A DNA stretch of 64,000 nt from a bacterium (GTDB lineage: Bacteria > Hinthialibacterota > Hinthialibacteria > Hinthialibacterales > Hinthialibacteraceae): positions 224,001-288,000 of the forward strand of contig CAXXMV010000006.1 of assembly GCA_963662285.2 (NCBI GenBank), in the 5' to 3' direction. Made by a program: the position numbers and the translations under genes. A model generated the notes under the pieces. It did no database searches and was not told where the DNA came from. It saw only the letters and a list, made by a program, of their open reading frames with translations. Of the stretch, positions 47,965-57,522 are shown piece after piece (positions within the stretch are counted from its first letter, which is position 1; the number at the start of each line of letters is the position of its first letter).

Positions 47965-48249
47965 TTAATACCTCCCGAAATATTTACATCCTATATTTAA
48001 GATTCATATATGTGTATGGTGTATGCGTGTTGTGAAAATGATTCTATTTTAATCCGCTAATACGATGTATTTATGAATACATATTGTAGTATATCTCAAA
48101 TTTTCCAAAATCCACCCTCTATATATCGCGTCAAATCACCCAAATGCCTGTTTGCGCCCTATCACTCAAATATGACTGATGCAACAATATGTTTTTTCCT
48201 CAATAAATACTTGAAATGTTTGAGTTTCTATAAATCATGGGAGAAATGG

Positions 48250-48918
48250 ATGAGCCGTAAAAAATTATGTCTGATTTTCACTGGCGACTTTCTTCTGGCT
48301 ATTGTGGTGGGAGTAATTCTTTTTCTTCCCGCAGCCTTTTTTGTACGCGAAACGGAATTTGAGTTGTTTACGGCGGCTTTAGCTACTCAGGCTGGTTTTG
48401 TTGCGGTATGTTTGTATAGGTTGTATCGCTTTAGGCGTATTGGCTTCTTGTTGCCCTCTTTTTTTGCGGGATCAACCAGAGAAGCGGTTCGCTGGGGAGT
48501 GATAACCGGGTTGGTTTTGTTCGTGCTGAACATTACTCATGGCATGATTCTGCAAAGCCTATCGGGGATTGATCTGGCGGAATATAATCCCTGGGTTCGG
48601 ATGGAAGAATTCTCTTTTTTCAGCTGTTTGCTGACTTTCACAGCGGGGGGATTACTCGCTCCAGTGGTGGAAGAGTTCTTCCTACGCGGTATTATGTTCG
48701 GCGCCTTTATTGCGGCGGGATGCACTAGAACCGGAGTTATATTTACTACTATATTATTTGTCGGGCTTCACTTGGATCCGCTCAATAGTTTCGCCTACGC
48801 CATGCTTGGTCTGGGCTTTCTCTGGGTGTATTACCGGACGCGCAACCTGCTGGCGCCGATTATTGCGCATGGCATTAATAATGTAGTCGGCTTTATCTTT
48901 ATTCTAATACCGTTTTGA
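48250..48918 (+). CDS. CPBP (CAAX/Abi) intramembrane metalloprotease
   Basis: APVVEEFFLRG, F...H, AHGINN. Confidence 0.9.
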   Translation: MSRKKLCLIFTGDFLLAIVVGVILFLPAAFFVRETEFELFTAALATQAGFVAVCLYRLYRFRRIGFLLPSFFAGSTREAVRWGVITGLVLFVLNITHGMILQSLSGIDLAEYNPWVRMEEFSFFSCLLTFTAGGLLAPVVEEFFLRGIMFGAFIAAGCTRTGVIFTTILFVGLHLDPLNSFAYAMLGLGFLWVYYRTRNLLAPIIAHGINNVVGFIFILIPF

Positions 48919-48927
48919 TGTTAGGAA

Positions 48928-49482
48928 TTATCTCTCTTTTCCATCTATGATGAAATGAGGATTTCCATGATGGTCTAAATTTAGATTGATTTTCTCATTG
49001 TTGTTGTTATCTATAAACAACATTTCTATGGATTCATTATCTCCTAGGTTATCCATCCGAATTATAAATCGATCATTAAATTGCTTCCCATTAAACGCAA
49101 TATAAGAACTGTATTGCATACCATGAAAAGCCATGCGGCTTTCATAACCTCCAAGAACAAGTGATCCTTCTCCACTAACAGTTGTCGTTAATCGAAGACA
49201 GTTTCTTTCATTCTTATCAGCCAGGGTTAAGACAGCATTGTCTTTCTGGTTCACTCCCAGAAAAGCCCGTTTGGCGCCCCAGGCGTCATGAATTTCAATT
49301 TGTTTGGCGATGATTTTTTTAGGATAGAACTGATCCCAGGCCATATAAGCGACCATTAGCAGGAACAACAGAATAAAAGAATAACGCGTGTAGCGAAGTT
49401 TTCTACGATTGTTTTGTTCCATAATCACTAAGTTATCTATTCGATCCAGTAATTGGTTATATTTCTTTTCATCGAGTTCCAT
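48928..49482 (-). CDS. hypothetical single-TM protein with beta-rich ectodomain
   Basis: RBS GAGGA; coiled N-terminus, TM, repeated L.D.....R strands. Confidence 0.7.
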   Translation of the reverse strand: MELDEKKYNQLLDRIDNLVIMEQNNRRKLRYTRYSFILLFLLMVAYMAWDQFYPKKIIAKQIEIHDAWGAKRAFLGVNQKDNAVLTLADKNERNCLRLTTTVSGEGSLVLGGYESRMAFHGMQYSSYIAFNGKQFNDRFIIRMDNLGDNESIEMLFIDNNNNEKINLNLDHHGNPHFIIDGKER

Positions 49483-49748
49483 TGGCGATATCCTCTTAAA
49501 CTGATTTGAATTTTAGCCATATTTTATTATGTTACAGCGGTTTACGAAAGAATATTCGTATTGAAAACGCTGGATTGGTTAAAGTCATATCTTTTAGGAA
49601 CTTTGAACAATCGCATGAACGCATGTAATATTTAGAATCGATCTAGTGATCATAGAGAATCATTAAAATTTGCTGAAATTTTGGGTGTATAAATATATTT
49701 CTAAGTGAATTGCATCTTTCGCCATTTGTACAGGCAGGAGTATTCAAT

Positions 49749-50339
49749 ATGGATTTCGTCCAATGGATCGATCCAGACATATTGCCATGGGTATTACCGG
49801 TTATTATCTTTTTTGCGAGGATATTGGATGTCAGTATCGGAACGATACGTATTGTTTTCATAACGCGGGGAATGAAAATCCTAGCTCCTATCCTGGGTTT
49901 TATGGAAGTGTTGATATGGTTGATCATTGTCAGTCAAGTGATCCGAAATGTTAATAATTTCGCCAATTTAATCGCCTATGCTTCCGGTTATGCAATTGGC
50001 AACTATGTGGGGATGTATCTGGAAAACAAATTGGCATTCGGATTATTAATCGTACGAATCATAACAAGAAAGGATTCGTCTGAACTCATTAAATTTTTGA
50101 AGGAACATCAATTCGGTATTACCAATGTACCGGCTTTCGGAAATGAGGGACAAGTAATAAACGTGATATTTACGATAATTAAGAGGCGGGATTTGTCCTT
50201 TGTTATTGAACATATTCAGCGGTTTAATCCACGCGCTTTTTACTCTATCGAGGATGTCCGGGCAGTTAGCGAGGGGAACTTTCCGATTAACAAAACGTCG
50301 GATTATCTGAATATTTTCCGATCCATGAAGAAAGGATAG
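49749..50339 (+). CDS. DUF2179/UPF0316 membrane protein
   Basis: IFFARILDVSIGTIR, GFMEVLIW, YASGYAIGNYVG. Confidence 0.9.
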   Translation: MDFVQWIDPDILPWVLPVIIFFARILDVSIGTIRIVFITRGMKILAPILGFMEVLIWLIIVSQVIRNVNNFANLIAYASGYAIGNYVGMYLENKLAFGLLIVRIITRKDSSELIKFLKEHQFGITNVPAFGNEGQVINVIFTIIKRRDLSFVIEHIQRFNPRAFYSIEDVRAVSEGNFPINKTSDYLNIFRSMKKG

Positions 50340-50535
50340 TAGGTTGTATTGCTTTTCATCAAGTTTCATCGCCAATATCCCCCTTAAATAGATTTACTTT
50401 CACGCCCTAATAAAATAACGCGTGTTTATGTGGTTTTGTTACACAAGAAATAGATTTTTAGTATTTCATGGTAATACCCAAAATAACATGATAAGATAAG
50501 TAAACTTGCAGAGATGCCGCGAAAGGAGAATTAAC

Positions 50536-51534
50536 ATGACCAAACCAATAAACCGCAGGAATTTCTTACGCAAATCCGTCGTTGCATCTACCGCTCTTGG
50601 ATTAAGCCTTGAAGAAAAAGTGCTGCTGGCGGATGAGAATCGTCAGATTGCCGCCAATACTGAACAATCTGACGCTAAGGATTTCCCGATGGGGAAGATC
50701 GGAAATCTGAAAATATCGCGTATGATCGTCGGCGGAAATTTAACCAGCGGGAATGCGCATAGCCGCGACCTGATGTATGTATCGCCATTGCTGAAAAATT
50801 ATTTTACCGATGATAAGGTCTTTGAAACCTGGGAGATCAGCGAGGAATGCGGCTTGAACACCGCAATCCTGCGACTCGATGATAAAGTTATCCGGTTGAT
50901 AAACCGTTACTGGGACGAGCGGGGCGGTAAACTGCAATGGATTGTTCAGATCAAACCCAAAACAATGAGCCTGGAATACTTTAAAACCGATATACAGCGC
51001 GCCATTGATAACGGCGCGGTGGGCGCCTATCTACAGGGTAATGTGATGGATGCTTTGGTGCAAAAGGGCGAGATTGATTTGATCGGGGAGGCTTTGCAGT
51101 GCATCAAGGATCATAAAGTGATCGCCGGGATTGGAGGCCATTCCATTGAAGTCCCTATGGCCTGTGAAAAAGCCGGTTTTGATCCTGATTTTTATATGAA
51201 GACGCTGCATAGCCCCAAGTATTGGACCTTTAATCCCGCTAACGATAAGTGGGGTAAATTTCATGTAATCAATGGTGAAGCGCATGACAACGTCTGGTGC
51301 ACCCGGCAAGAAGAGACCATCGAATTTATGAAGACCGTCAAAAAACCCTGGGTGGCTTTCAAAGTTATGGCCGCTGGCTCAATCCATCCCAAAGATGCTT
51401 TCAAGTACGCCATAGAAAACGGCGCCGACTTCATCTGCGCGGGGATGTTCGACTTCCAGGTTCGTGAAGATGCCATCATCGCAAGGGAAATACTAAAAAG
51501 CACTGGAAAACGGGAACGGTCATGGCTGGGGTGA
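50536..51534 (+). CDS. Tat-exported aldo/keto-reductase-like TIM-barrel protein
   Basis: NRRNFL; ISRMIVGGN; FKVMAAG. Confidence 0.7.
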   Translation: MTKPINRRNFLRKSVVASTALGLSLEEKVLLADENRQIAANTEQSDAKDFPMGKIGNLKISRMIVGGNLTSGNAHSRDLMYVSPLLKNYFTDDKVFETWEISEECGLNTAILRLDDKVIRLINRYWDERGGKLQWIVQIKPKTMSLEYFKTDIQRAIDNGAVGAYLQGNVMDALVQKGEIDLIGEALQCIKDHKVIAGIGGHSIEVPMACEKAGFDPDFYMKTLHSPKYWTFNPANDKWGKFHVINGEAHDNVWCTRQEETIEFMKTVKKPWVAFKVMAAGSIHPKDAFKYAIENGADFICAGMFDFQVREDAIIAREILKSTGKRERSWLG

Positions 51535-51553
51535 AATAGTAGGTTGAAATTTT

Positions 51554-51582
51554 TTGACATCTTGATGAAATCTCATTACAAT
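51554..51582 (+). promoter_or_regulatory. sigma70 promoter
   Basis: TTGACA-N17-TACAAT. Confidence 0.7.
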
Positions 51583-51618
51583 CAACTAAATCTTAACATT
51601 TATCGCAATGGAAGAAAA

Positions 51619-51894
51619 ATGATGAATAGTATTGGATTGCAAGAGGCTAAATCAAGGTTATCTGAACTTGTTGTCAAAGCAAGCAAGGGAGAGCGTTTTA
51701 CGATTACCAAACGCGGTGTTCCCCTCGCTCAGATTGTTCCTATGCAGACAATTAATTCTCAAGAAGAAAGGGCGAAAGCCGTCCAAGAGATTCGTAGACT
51801 TCGTAAAGATGTAACATTAGGCGATATTACGATTAAAGAATTAATTGAAGAAGGCCGAAAGGTTGAACTTGGTGGGCTACGCTGTTGCTTTTAG
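51619..51894 (+). CDS. Phd/YefM antitoxin, orphan; 3' end reads into a REP
   Basis: IGLQEAKSRLSELV...GERFTITKRGVPLAQIVP; IKELIEEGR. Confidence 0.85.
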   Translation: MMNSIGLQEAKSRLSELVVKASKGERFTITKRGVPLAQIVPMQTINSQEERAKAVQEIRRLRKDVTLGDITIKELIEEGRKVELGGLRCCF

Positions 51895-51904
51895 CCCACC
51901 CTAC
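51871..51904. repeat. family-C GTAG REP
   Basis: GGTGGGCTACGCTGTTGCTTTTAGCCCACCCTAC. Confidence 0.85.
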
Positions 51905-51974
51905 CTGCTGAAAAATCGGCCTTCCAGAGTTGGAAGGCCGATGGTGATCAAACTGAGTTATCAATAGACGATGT

Positions 51975-52679
51975 TTATTTCTTCTCTCCCCAAACTTTGA
52001 AAGTCTTAATGTTTCCGATGTCGTCGAATGAACCAACGCCGACCTGTCCTGAGGTGAAGGTTTTATCCTGGGCGGTCAGGATCGGAGTTAGCAGGTTATC
52101 GAAGAAGACCTGGATTGATCCGGTTTCCACATCGCGGATCAGGCGTATTGTGTGGTAGGTTCCATCTTTCCATTGGGTGCCATTGTTGCGTTTGTCAGCG
52201 ATGGAGACGCGCGGCGCCCCGTTGACGATAAAGATCGAGTTGGCGTGGGGATCGTTATTCTTGGCGGGAGCGATATGGGCGTAATAGAAATGCGAGGCAT
52301 CCTGATAACCGAAGAATAAGCACATATCCCGATGGGGGTATTGATCTTTGGTCGAGCGGATCACTGATTCAATCACGAAACTTTTGACTGATAGTTTTTT
52401 GACTACTGACCGGTTAATCGGCGAACGTACGGGCGCTTTATATTCGCTCTGCTTGAATAATGAATAGACCGGGACTCCTGCGTCTTCAATGACTTTCCAG
52501 GCATTGGCGTCGGTCGGCTGCCAATCATCAGAACCTTTTGAGAAATCGGCGTTATAGATCAGAGGCAGGCCATTCATTAACTGGGGCGTCTCTATATCTG
52601 AGGCTGAGGTCAAACCAACTGTCAGGAATATCGCGGCCAATCCTATAACTATAGATAATGCTAATTTTGTTTGTTTCAT
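51975..52679 (-). CDS. secreted ConA/DUF1080-like beta-sandwich protein
   Basis: Signal peptide; D..F.SG.VGVGSFDD. Confidence 0.6.
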   Translation of the reverse strand: MKQTKLALSIVIGLAAIFLTVGLTSASDIETPQLMNGLPLIYNADFSKGSDDWQPTDANAWKVIEDAGVPVYSLFKQSEYKAPVRSPINRSVVKKLSVKSFVIESVIRSTKDQYPHRDMCLFFGYQDASHFYYAHIAPAKNNDPHANSIFIVNGAPRVSIADKRNNGTQWKDGTYHTIRLIRDVETGSIQVFFDNLLTPILTAQDKTFTSGQVGVGSFDDIGNIKTFKVWGEKK

Positions 52680-52861
52680 TATTGCATTCCTCCTTGGATT
52701 ATTTATTCAACTACAGATTACCACTAACCGAAAACTTAATGTAAGAGATGCGAATGGTTGAGTTGAGGAATTGATGAAATTAAGTTAGATTGATATCACG
52801 CATAATAAGGCTAATATGCGTGATATCATAAATCTTATAAATATCAAAGAGAGGGAGAATA

Positions 52862-54022
52862 ATGTTTAAAACAGCCATTAGATTTTTCTGTGCGGCGGCG
52901 TTGATCTGTCTGGCCGTTGGTAATGTATTCGCTGAAGAGGAACATGGTTTTAACGGCCTTAATATGAGCATGGGTAATTTGTATAAATTATCCGATGCCG
53001 AAACCCGCTCTATCTGTCCTGAAAATTTCACCGGTGAAAAGGGTAAAGGCGGCATGGCGACCGATGGAACGGGCGCCAAGGCATCGCGCGATTTGGGGCA
53101 GGGGTGGAAGGTTTCTCCTTCGGTGGACGTCAAAGCCGAATCAACCTTGAAACTGGCGGAGATCGAAGGCCCCGGCGCTATCCAGCATATCTGGCTGACC
53201 CCGACCGGAACCTGGCGTTATTCTATTTTGCGCATTTATTGGGATGGCGAAGAAACCCCGTCGGTCGAATGCCCGCTGGGCGACTTCTTCGCCTGCGGCT
53301 GGGGAGAGTACGCCCAGATTAATTCGTTGGCCGTCTGCGTCAATCCGGGCAGCGCCTTCAACTGTTATTGGACTATGCCTTTCAGAAAGAAATGCAAAAT
53401 TACGCTGGAAAACATTAATGACAGCGATATGCGGGTTTACTACCAGATCGATTACACCCTGACTGACGTTCCTAAGGACGCTGGTTATTTCCATGCCCAG
53501 TTCCGCCGCGTCAACCCGGTTCCCTACAAAGACGTCTATACCATCCTGGATGGCGTAGAAGGCCAGGGGCATTATGTCGGAACATACATGTGCTGGGGCG
53601 TCAACAACAACGGTTGGTGGGGCGAAGGCGAAATCAAGTTCTTTATGGATGGCGACAAGGAATTTCCCACTATTTGCGGAACCGGCGCCGAAGATTATTT
53701 CTGCGGCTCTTATAATTTCGAGAATAAAGCCGAAGGACGCTATCAGGAATTTTCAACGCCTTATTCCGGTCTGCCGCAGGTTATCAAACCCGATGGACGT
53801 TACAAATCACAGCAACGTTTCGGTTTGTACCGCTGGCATATCGTTGATCCCATCCGCTTTAAGGAAGACCTGAAAGTTACTATTCAAGCCCTGGGGTGGC
53901 GTTCGGGCGGACGATACTTACCATTGCAGGATGATATATCATCGGTGGCTTATTGGTATCAGAAAGAACCGCATGGTGAATTCCCCCAATTGCCGGATAA
54001 GGATTATCTGGAGATTCAGTAA
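52862..54022 (+). CDS. GH172 (DUF2961) glycoside hydrolase
   Basis: PENFTGEKG.G, GPGAIQHIW, WWGEGE.KF, GTG.EDYF, YRWH..DPI.F. Confidence 0.9.
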   Translation: MFKTAIRFFCAAALICLAVGNVFAEEEHGFNGLNMSMGNLYKLSDAETRSICPENFTGEKGKGGMATDGTGAKASRDLGQGWKVSPSVDVKAESTLKLAEIEGPGAIQHIWLTPTGTWRYSILRIYWDGEETPSVECPLGDFFACGWGEYAQINSLAVCVNPGSAFNCYWTMPFRKKCKITLENINDSDMRVYYQIDYTLTDVPKDAGYFHAQFRRVNPVPYKDVYTILDGVEGQGHYVGTYMCWGVNNNGWWGEGEIKFFMDGDKEFPTICGTGAEDYFCGSYNFENKAEGRYQEFSTPYSGLPQVIKPDGRYKSQQRFGLYRWHIVDPIRFKEDLKVTIQALGWRSGGRYLPLQDDISSVAYWYQKEPHGEFPQLPDKDYLEIQ

Positions 54023-54055
54023 TAGCGCAATATGATAAATTGAGAATGTAATTCC

Positions 54056-54179
54056 GTAGGGTGGGTCGCGTTTTATGACCCACCGAATCAATAAACTAAT
54101 TATTATCGGTGGGTCGGAAAAGCGCGACCCACCCTACTTTGATTTCGATGGGACACGCTGGCGCTTGGTCACATCCTAC
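54056..54179. repeat. family-B REP doublet (54056-54137) plus family-D REP (54147-54179)
   Basis: GTAGGGTGGGTCGCG ... CGCGACCCACCCTAC inverted pair between convergent genes. Confidence 0.88.
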
Positions 54180-54181
54180 TT

Positions 54182-55450
54182 TTATTTTTCAATCAAGGCC
54201 TGATAAACCAGGTTCTTTAGTTTTAACTGTATACCGTCATCGCATGGCATACGGTGGGTCATCAGCAGAATGGCGATCCCTGTTTGGGGATCAACCCGCA
54301 TGTAGGTTGACGCCGCGCCATCCCATCCGAAATCTCCTACTGAACCCATGCATTGGCTCTTGGATAAATCGGTTAAAACCGACACACTCAGGCCATAGCC
54401 ATGTCCTTGCAGTTTACCCCACGGCAATGATATTCCATCTTCTAAATGATTGCGCCCCATCATTTGGATGGTTTGGGGAGAAAGCAGCCTTACGCCGTTA
54501 TACTCTCCGCCATTAGAAAGCATCAACAGGAATTTTAAGTAATCCGATGTGGTTGAAAGCAATCCGCCGCCGCCCGATAACATACGGTTTTCGCCTTTTG
54601 TATAACGTGTAATAGAATGGTCTGGAACTAGTTCTTTTGATTGGTTATATCTATAAAGGGTGGTGATTCTGTCCCGGTTTTCTTTGGAGAGAAAAAAACC
54701 GCTGTCTTTCATTCCCAATGGTTTGAATATGCGTTGCTGGAAAAATTCATCCAGCGTCATGCCCGAAACCACCTCTATCAAGCGGCCGATAACATCTATG
54801 GAAAGGCTGTATTGCCAGTCAGCGCCTGGTTGGAAATATAATGGAAGAGTCGCTAGTCCATCGACCATCTCTTCAAGCGTGGGTGATTGATTAGGATTAG
54901 ACTTTTGGGCTTCCTGGTATATCTTGCTAACCGGATCGTTTCCCCAGCCGTAACCCAGGCCGGATGAGTGAGTCAGCAGATGGCGGATGGTAATCTCTTT
55001 TTTGCAGTCTTCCAGTTCAGGCCCATTGTCGGTTTCTTTGACGAATACTTTGGCGTCCTTAAATGCGGGGATGTATTTTGAGATCGGGTCATCCAACAGG
55101 AACTTGCCCTCTTCAAAAAGCATCATGGCCGCCGCTCCGGTGATTGGTTTGGTCATCGAGTAAGCCCGGTAGATGGCGTCATCAGACAGTTTCTTCTTGC
55201 TTTCTATATCCATATAGCCGTATCGTTCAGAAAAGATTACTTTGCCATGACGGGCTACAGTAACGCACATGCCGGGGAATTCCCCGCAGTCAACATAATC
55301 CTGCATAACCGTGGAAATGCGTTGCAGTCTCTCACTAGAGAATCCCTGACCTTCGGGATTAACGGTCGCTGGTTCGCTCGATGCCATAAAAGATGCTGAT
55401 AGCAATAATACGAGAGTGACAATGGTGATGCGCTGGATCATGGTTTTCAA
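54182..55450 (-). CDS. serine hydrolase (beta-lactamase-related)
   Basis: SMTK catalytic motif, LLTHSSG, YS, WDGAA. Confidence 0.92.
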   Translation of the reverse strand: MKTMIQRITIVTLVLLLSASFMASSEPATVNPEGQGFSSERLQRISTVMQDYVDCGEFPGMCVTVARHGKVIFSERYGYMDIESKKKLSDDAIYRAYSMTKPITGAAAMMLFEEGKFLLDDPISKYIPAFKDAKVFVKETDNGPELEDCKKEITIRHLLTHSSGLGYGWGNDPVSKIYQEAQKSNPNQSPTLEEMVDGLATLPLYFQPGADWQYSLSIDVIGRLIEVVSGMTLDEFFQQRIFKPLGMKDSGFFLSKENRDRITTLYRYNQSKELVPDHSITRYTKGENRMLSGGGGLLSTTSDYLKFLLMLSNGGEYNGVRLLSPQTIQMMGRNHLEDGISLPWGKLQGHGYGLSVSVLTDLSKSQCMGSVGDFGWDGAASTYMRVDPQTGIAILLMTHRMPCDDGIQLKLKNLVYQALIEK

Positions 55451-55553
55451 TTTTTTATGTCCTTTTCTTTTTTTTTTGAAAAAGAATTCACTGGGTAATG
55501 ATATACTATAATCGCATAAAATGACAAATACTATTTATTCAGGAGAGTAGATC

Positions 55554-56180
55554 ATGAAGATTCGTTATTTGCTGGTATCAACCTTTCTTTTAGTTTGCTT
55601 GAACGCTGTAGCGCTTTCACCCCCGCAGTATATATTGCATAACAAACTGGTAAATTCCATCGGCGCCAGCCCCTGCGTGAATGTGCAGGAAATACGAGAA
55701 GAAAACGGCGTCTGGCTGATCGACGTGGTGGGCTGTGATGAAGCGGTATGCGCTGGATTGGCTTATGTATTGATTCCTGAATACAATTACGGCGGCATCC
55801 AGGTTCAAGTGCGGGTATTGGATAAGAATGGCGCCCTGGTTGAAGCGCAGGAATCATTGGGTGAAGATCCGATGAGTGAAATAAAAAAAATATTTCAAGA
55901 CGCTTTAAAGGATAATCCCTATTTCTCTAGGGTTATTGATAGCGAACAGGGCTTTTTTATGCCAACCCTGTGGCTGGAATTCAAGGCGGAAGTGATTCAG
56001 TTTTTTGCTGATAATATCGGCGATTTTTATGGCAATGGAAATTACGTGGCGGCGGATGTCTTCAGCGAAATTATGATAAATTCTTTCGTGCAAGAAGAAG
56101 ATATGATGTATTCCATTTTTTATTCAACCAAACTCAAGCAGGCTGGTTCCAGCGTTCAATTATTCAAGTCGTTCCGCTGA
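55554..56180 (+). CDS. secreted hypothetical protein with C-terminal SSVQLFKSFR tail
   Basis: RBS AGGAG; signal peptide; LSPP, VIQFFADNIGDFYGN. Confidence 0.75.
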   Translation: MKIRYLLVSTFLLVCLNAVALSPPQYILHNKLVNSIGASPCVNVQEIREENGVWLIDVVGCDEAVCAGLAYVLIPEYNYGGIQVQVRVLDKNGALVEAQESLGEDPMSEIKKIFQDALKDNPYFSRVIDSEQGFFMPTLWLEFKAEVIQFFADNIGDFYGNGNYVAADVFSEIMINSFVQEEDMMYSIFYSTKLKQAGSSVQLFKSFR

Positions 56181-56218
56181 GTATGATTGACGTCCGGTTC
56201 AAAGAGATTTAATCCCAT

Positions 56219-56244
56219 AGCCCCGTGTGTTCAGCGCGGGGCTG
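56219..56244 (+). terminator. hairpin after 55554 gene
   Basis: AGCCCCG..CGGGGCT. Confidence 0.5.
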
Positions 56245-56373
56245 TTATCAAAAATATTATCTGCAAAGAAATTGTCCAGAGCTTTTATGCTGAAGCAGTT
56301 TATCTGCTACTATATCATAAGCATCATTGCGTATTTATAGGATCGTTATTATTAATTGCAGAGTGAGGATGGT

Positions 56374-57522
56374 ATGGCGTCGAAGGTGGTTTTGTTATGT
56401 CGGGTGGATGGCAACTTCGGAGGAGTTGAACGCAATATCCTGACTTTGGCGCATGGTTTCGATCAAAGCCGGTATACTCCGGTTATTGTGGGCTTGGGTA
56501 AATCAGGCGAATTGCTTCGGCAGGGCAGGGCGGCGGGATTTGAGACGGAATTTATCTCCATGAAGAGCCGCTTGCAGATGGGGCGCGCAGCTGGTCAATT
56601 GGCTGAGATCGCCCGACAACGTAAGGCTGATTTGCTGCATACATTCGGCTTGCGATCCAATATGATAGCCGGTTGGATGCGCCGTTTTCATAATATTGCC
56701 TCAATCCCCTGGATGGTTCGTTTGCCCAATATCAATTCAACTGATTACCAGAATCCACTTAGATCATGGTTTTCGCATGGGCTGAACAATGCCTTGATCC
56801 GCAGAGCCGATGCATTGCAGGTCATATCGCCTCAACTTAAGGATTATATGCAATCATTAAAGAAATGCCCGGCTCATATTTTTACCATTTTTAATGGAGT
56901 TGATCCGGAACGCTTTGATCCAGCGTTGTTTGATCGCAGTGTCCGGGCCGACTATAAGTTAAAAGAGGAAACCATTCTATTAGGCAGCGTCGGGCGGCTC
57001 GATGCAATCAAAGGATATGATATCCTGATCAATGCTTTAGCCGATTTGAAGAGTGAATGTGGTTATATAGAATTGATGCTGGTGGGCGATGGTCCGCAGC
57101 GAACCGCATTGCAGCAATTGATTGATGATAAAAACCTGCAAGATAGAGTATGCATAACAGGATTCAAAGAAGATGTCCGTCCATATCTGGCGGCATTTGA
57201 TATATATGTCTGTTCTTCGTATTCCGAGGGCGTACCTATGGCAATGTTGGAAGCCATGTCGATGGCCCTGCCGGTTGTCAGCACCCGTGTGGGTGGTATT
57301 GAAAGCCTGATCGATGAAGGCGTAACCGGGGTGTTGATTCCAGCGGGAAACCTGGCGGCTTTGAGCGACGCTATAAAGAGTTTTATTTCTGACCGGGATA
57401 AAATGCAGGTTTTCGGCAAGAATGCAAGACAAAGCATCATCCAGAATTTTTCCACACAGAGAATGGTTGAGAGCGTTGAGCAGATGTATGATGAAATGAT
57501 CGGGAAGAAAAGTCATGAATAA
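56374..57522 (+). CDS. GT4 glycosyltransferase
   Basis: GGVE, GRLDAIKG, EGVPMAMLEAM. Confidence 0.92.
   Translation: MASKVVLLCRVDGNFGGVERNILTLAHGFDQSRYTPVIVGLGKSGELLRQGRAAGFETEFISMKSRLQMGRAAGQLAEIARQRKADLLHTFGLRSNMIAGWMRRFHNIASIPWMVRLPNINSTDYQNPLRSWFSHGLNNALIRRADALQVISPQLKDYMQSLKKCPAHIFTIFNGVDPERFDPALFDRSVRADYKLKEETILLGSVGRLDAIKGYDILINALADLKSECGYIELMLVGDGPQRTALQQLIDDKNLQDRVCITGFKEDVRPYLAAFDIYVCSSYSEGVPMAMLEAMSMALPVVSTRVGGIESLIDEGVTGVLIPAGNLAALSDAIKSFISDRDKMQVFGKNARQSIIQNFSTQRMVESVEQMYDEMIGKKSHE

Noticed and set aside
50046-50375. 109-aa minus-strand ORF
   Set aside because: Only the first ~12 codons are a paralog stub; the rest is antisense to the DUF2179 gene
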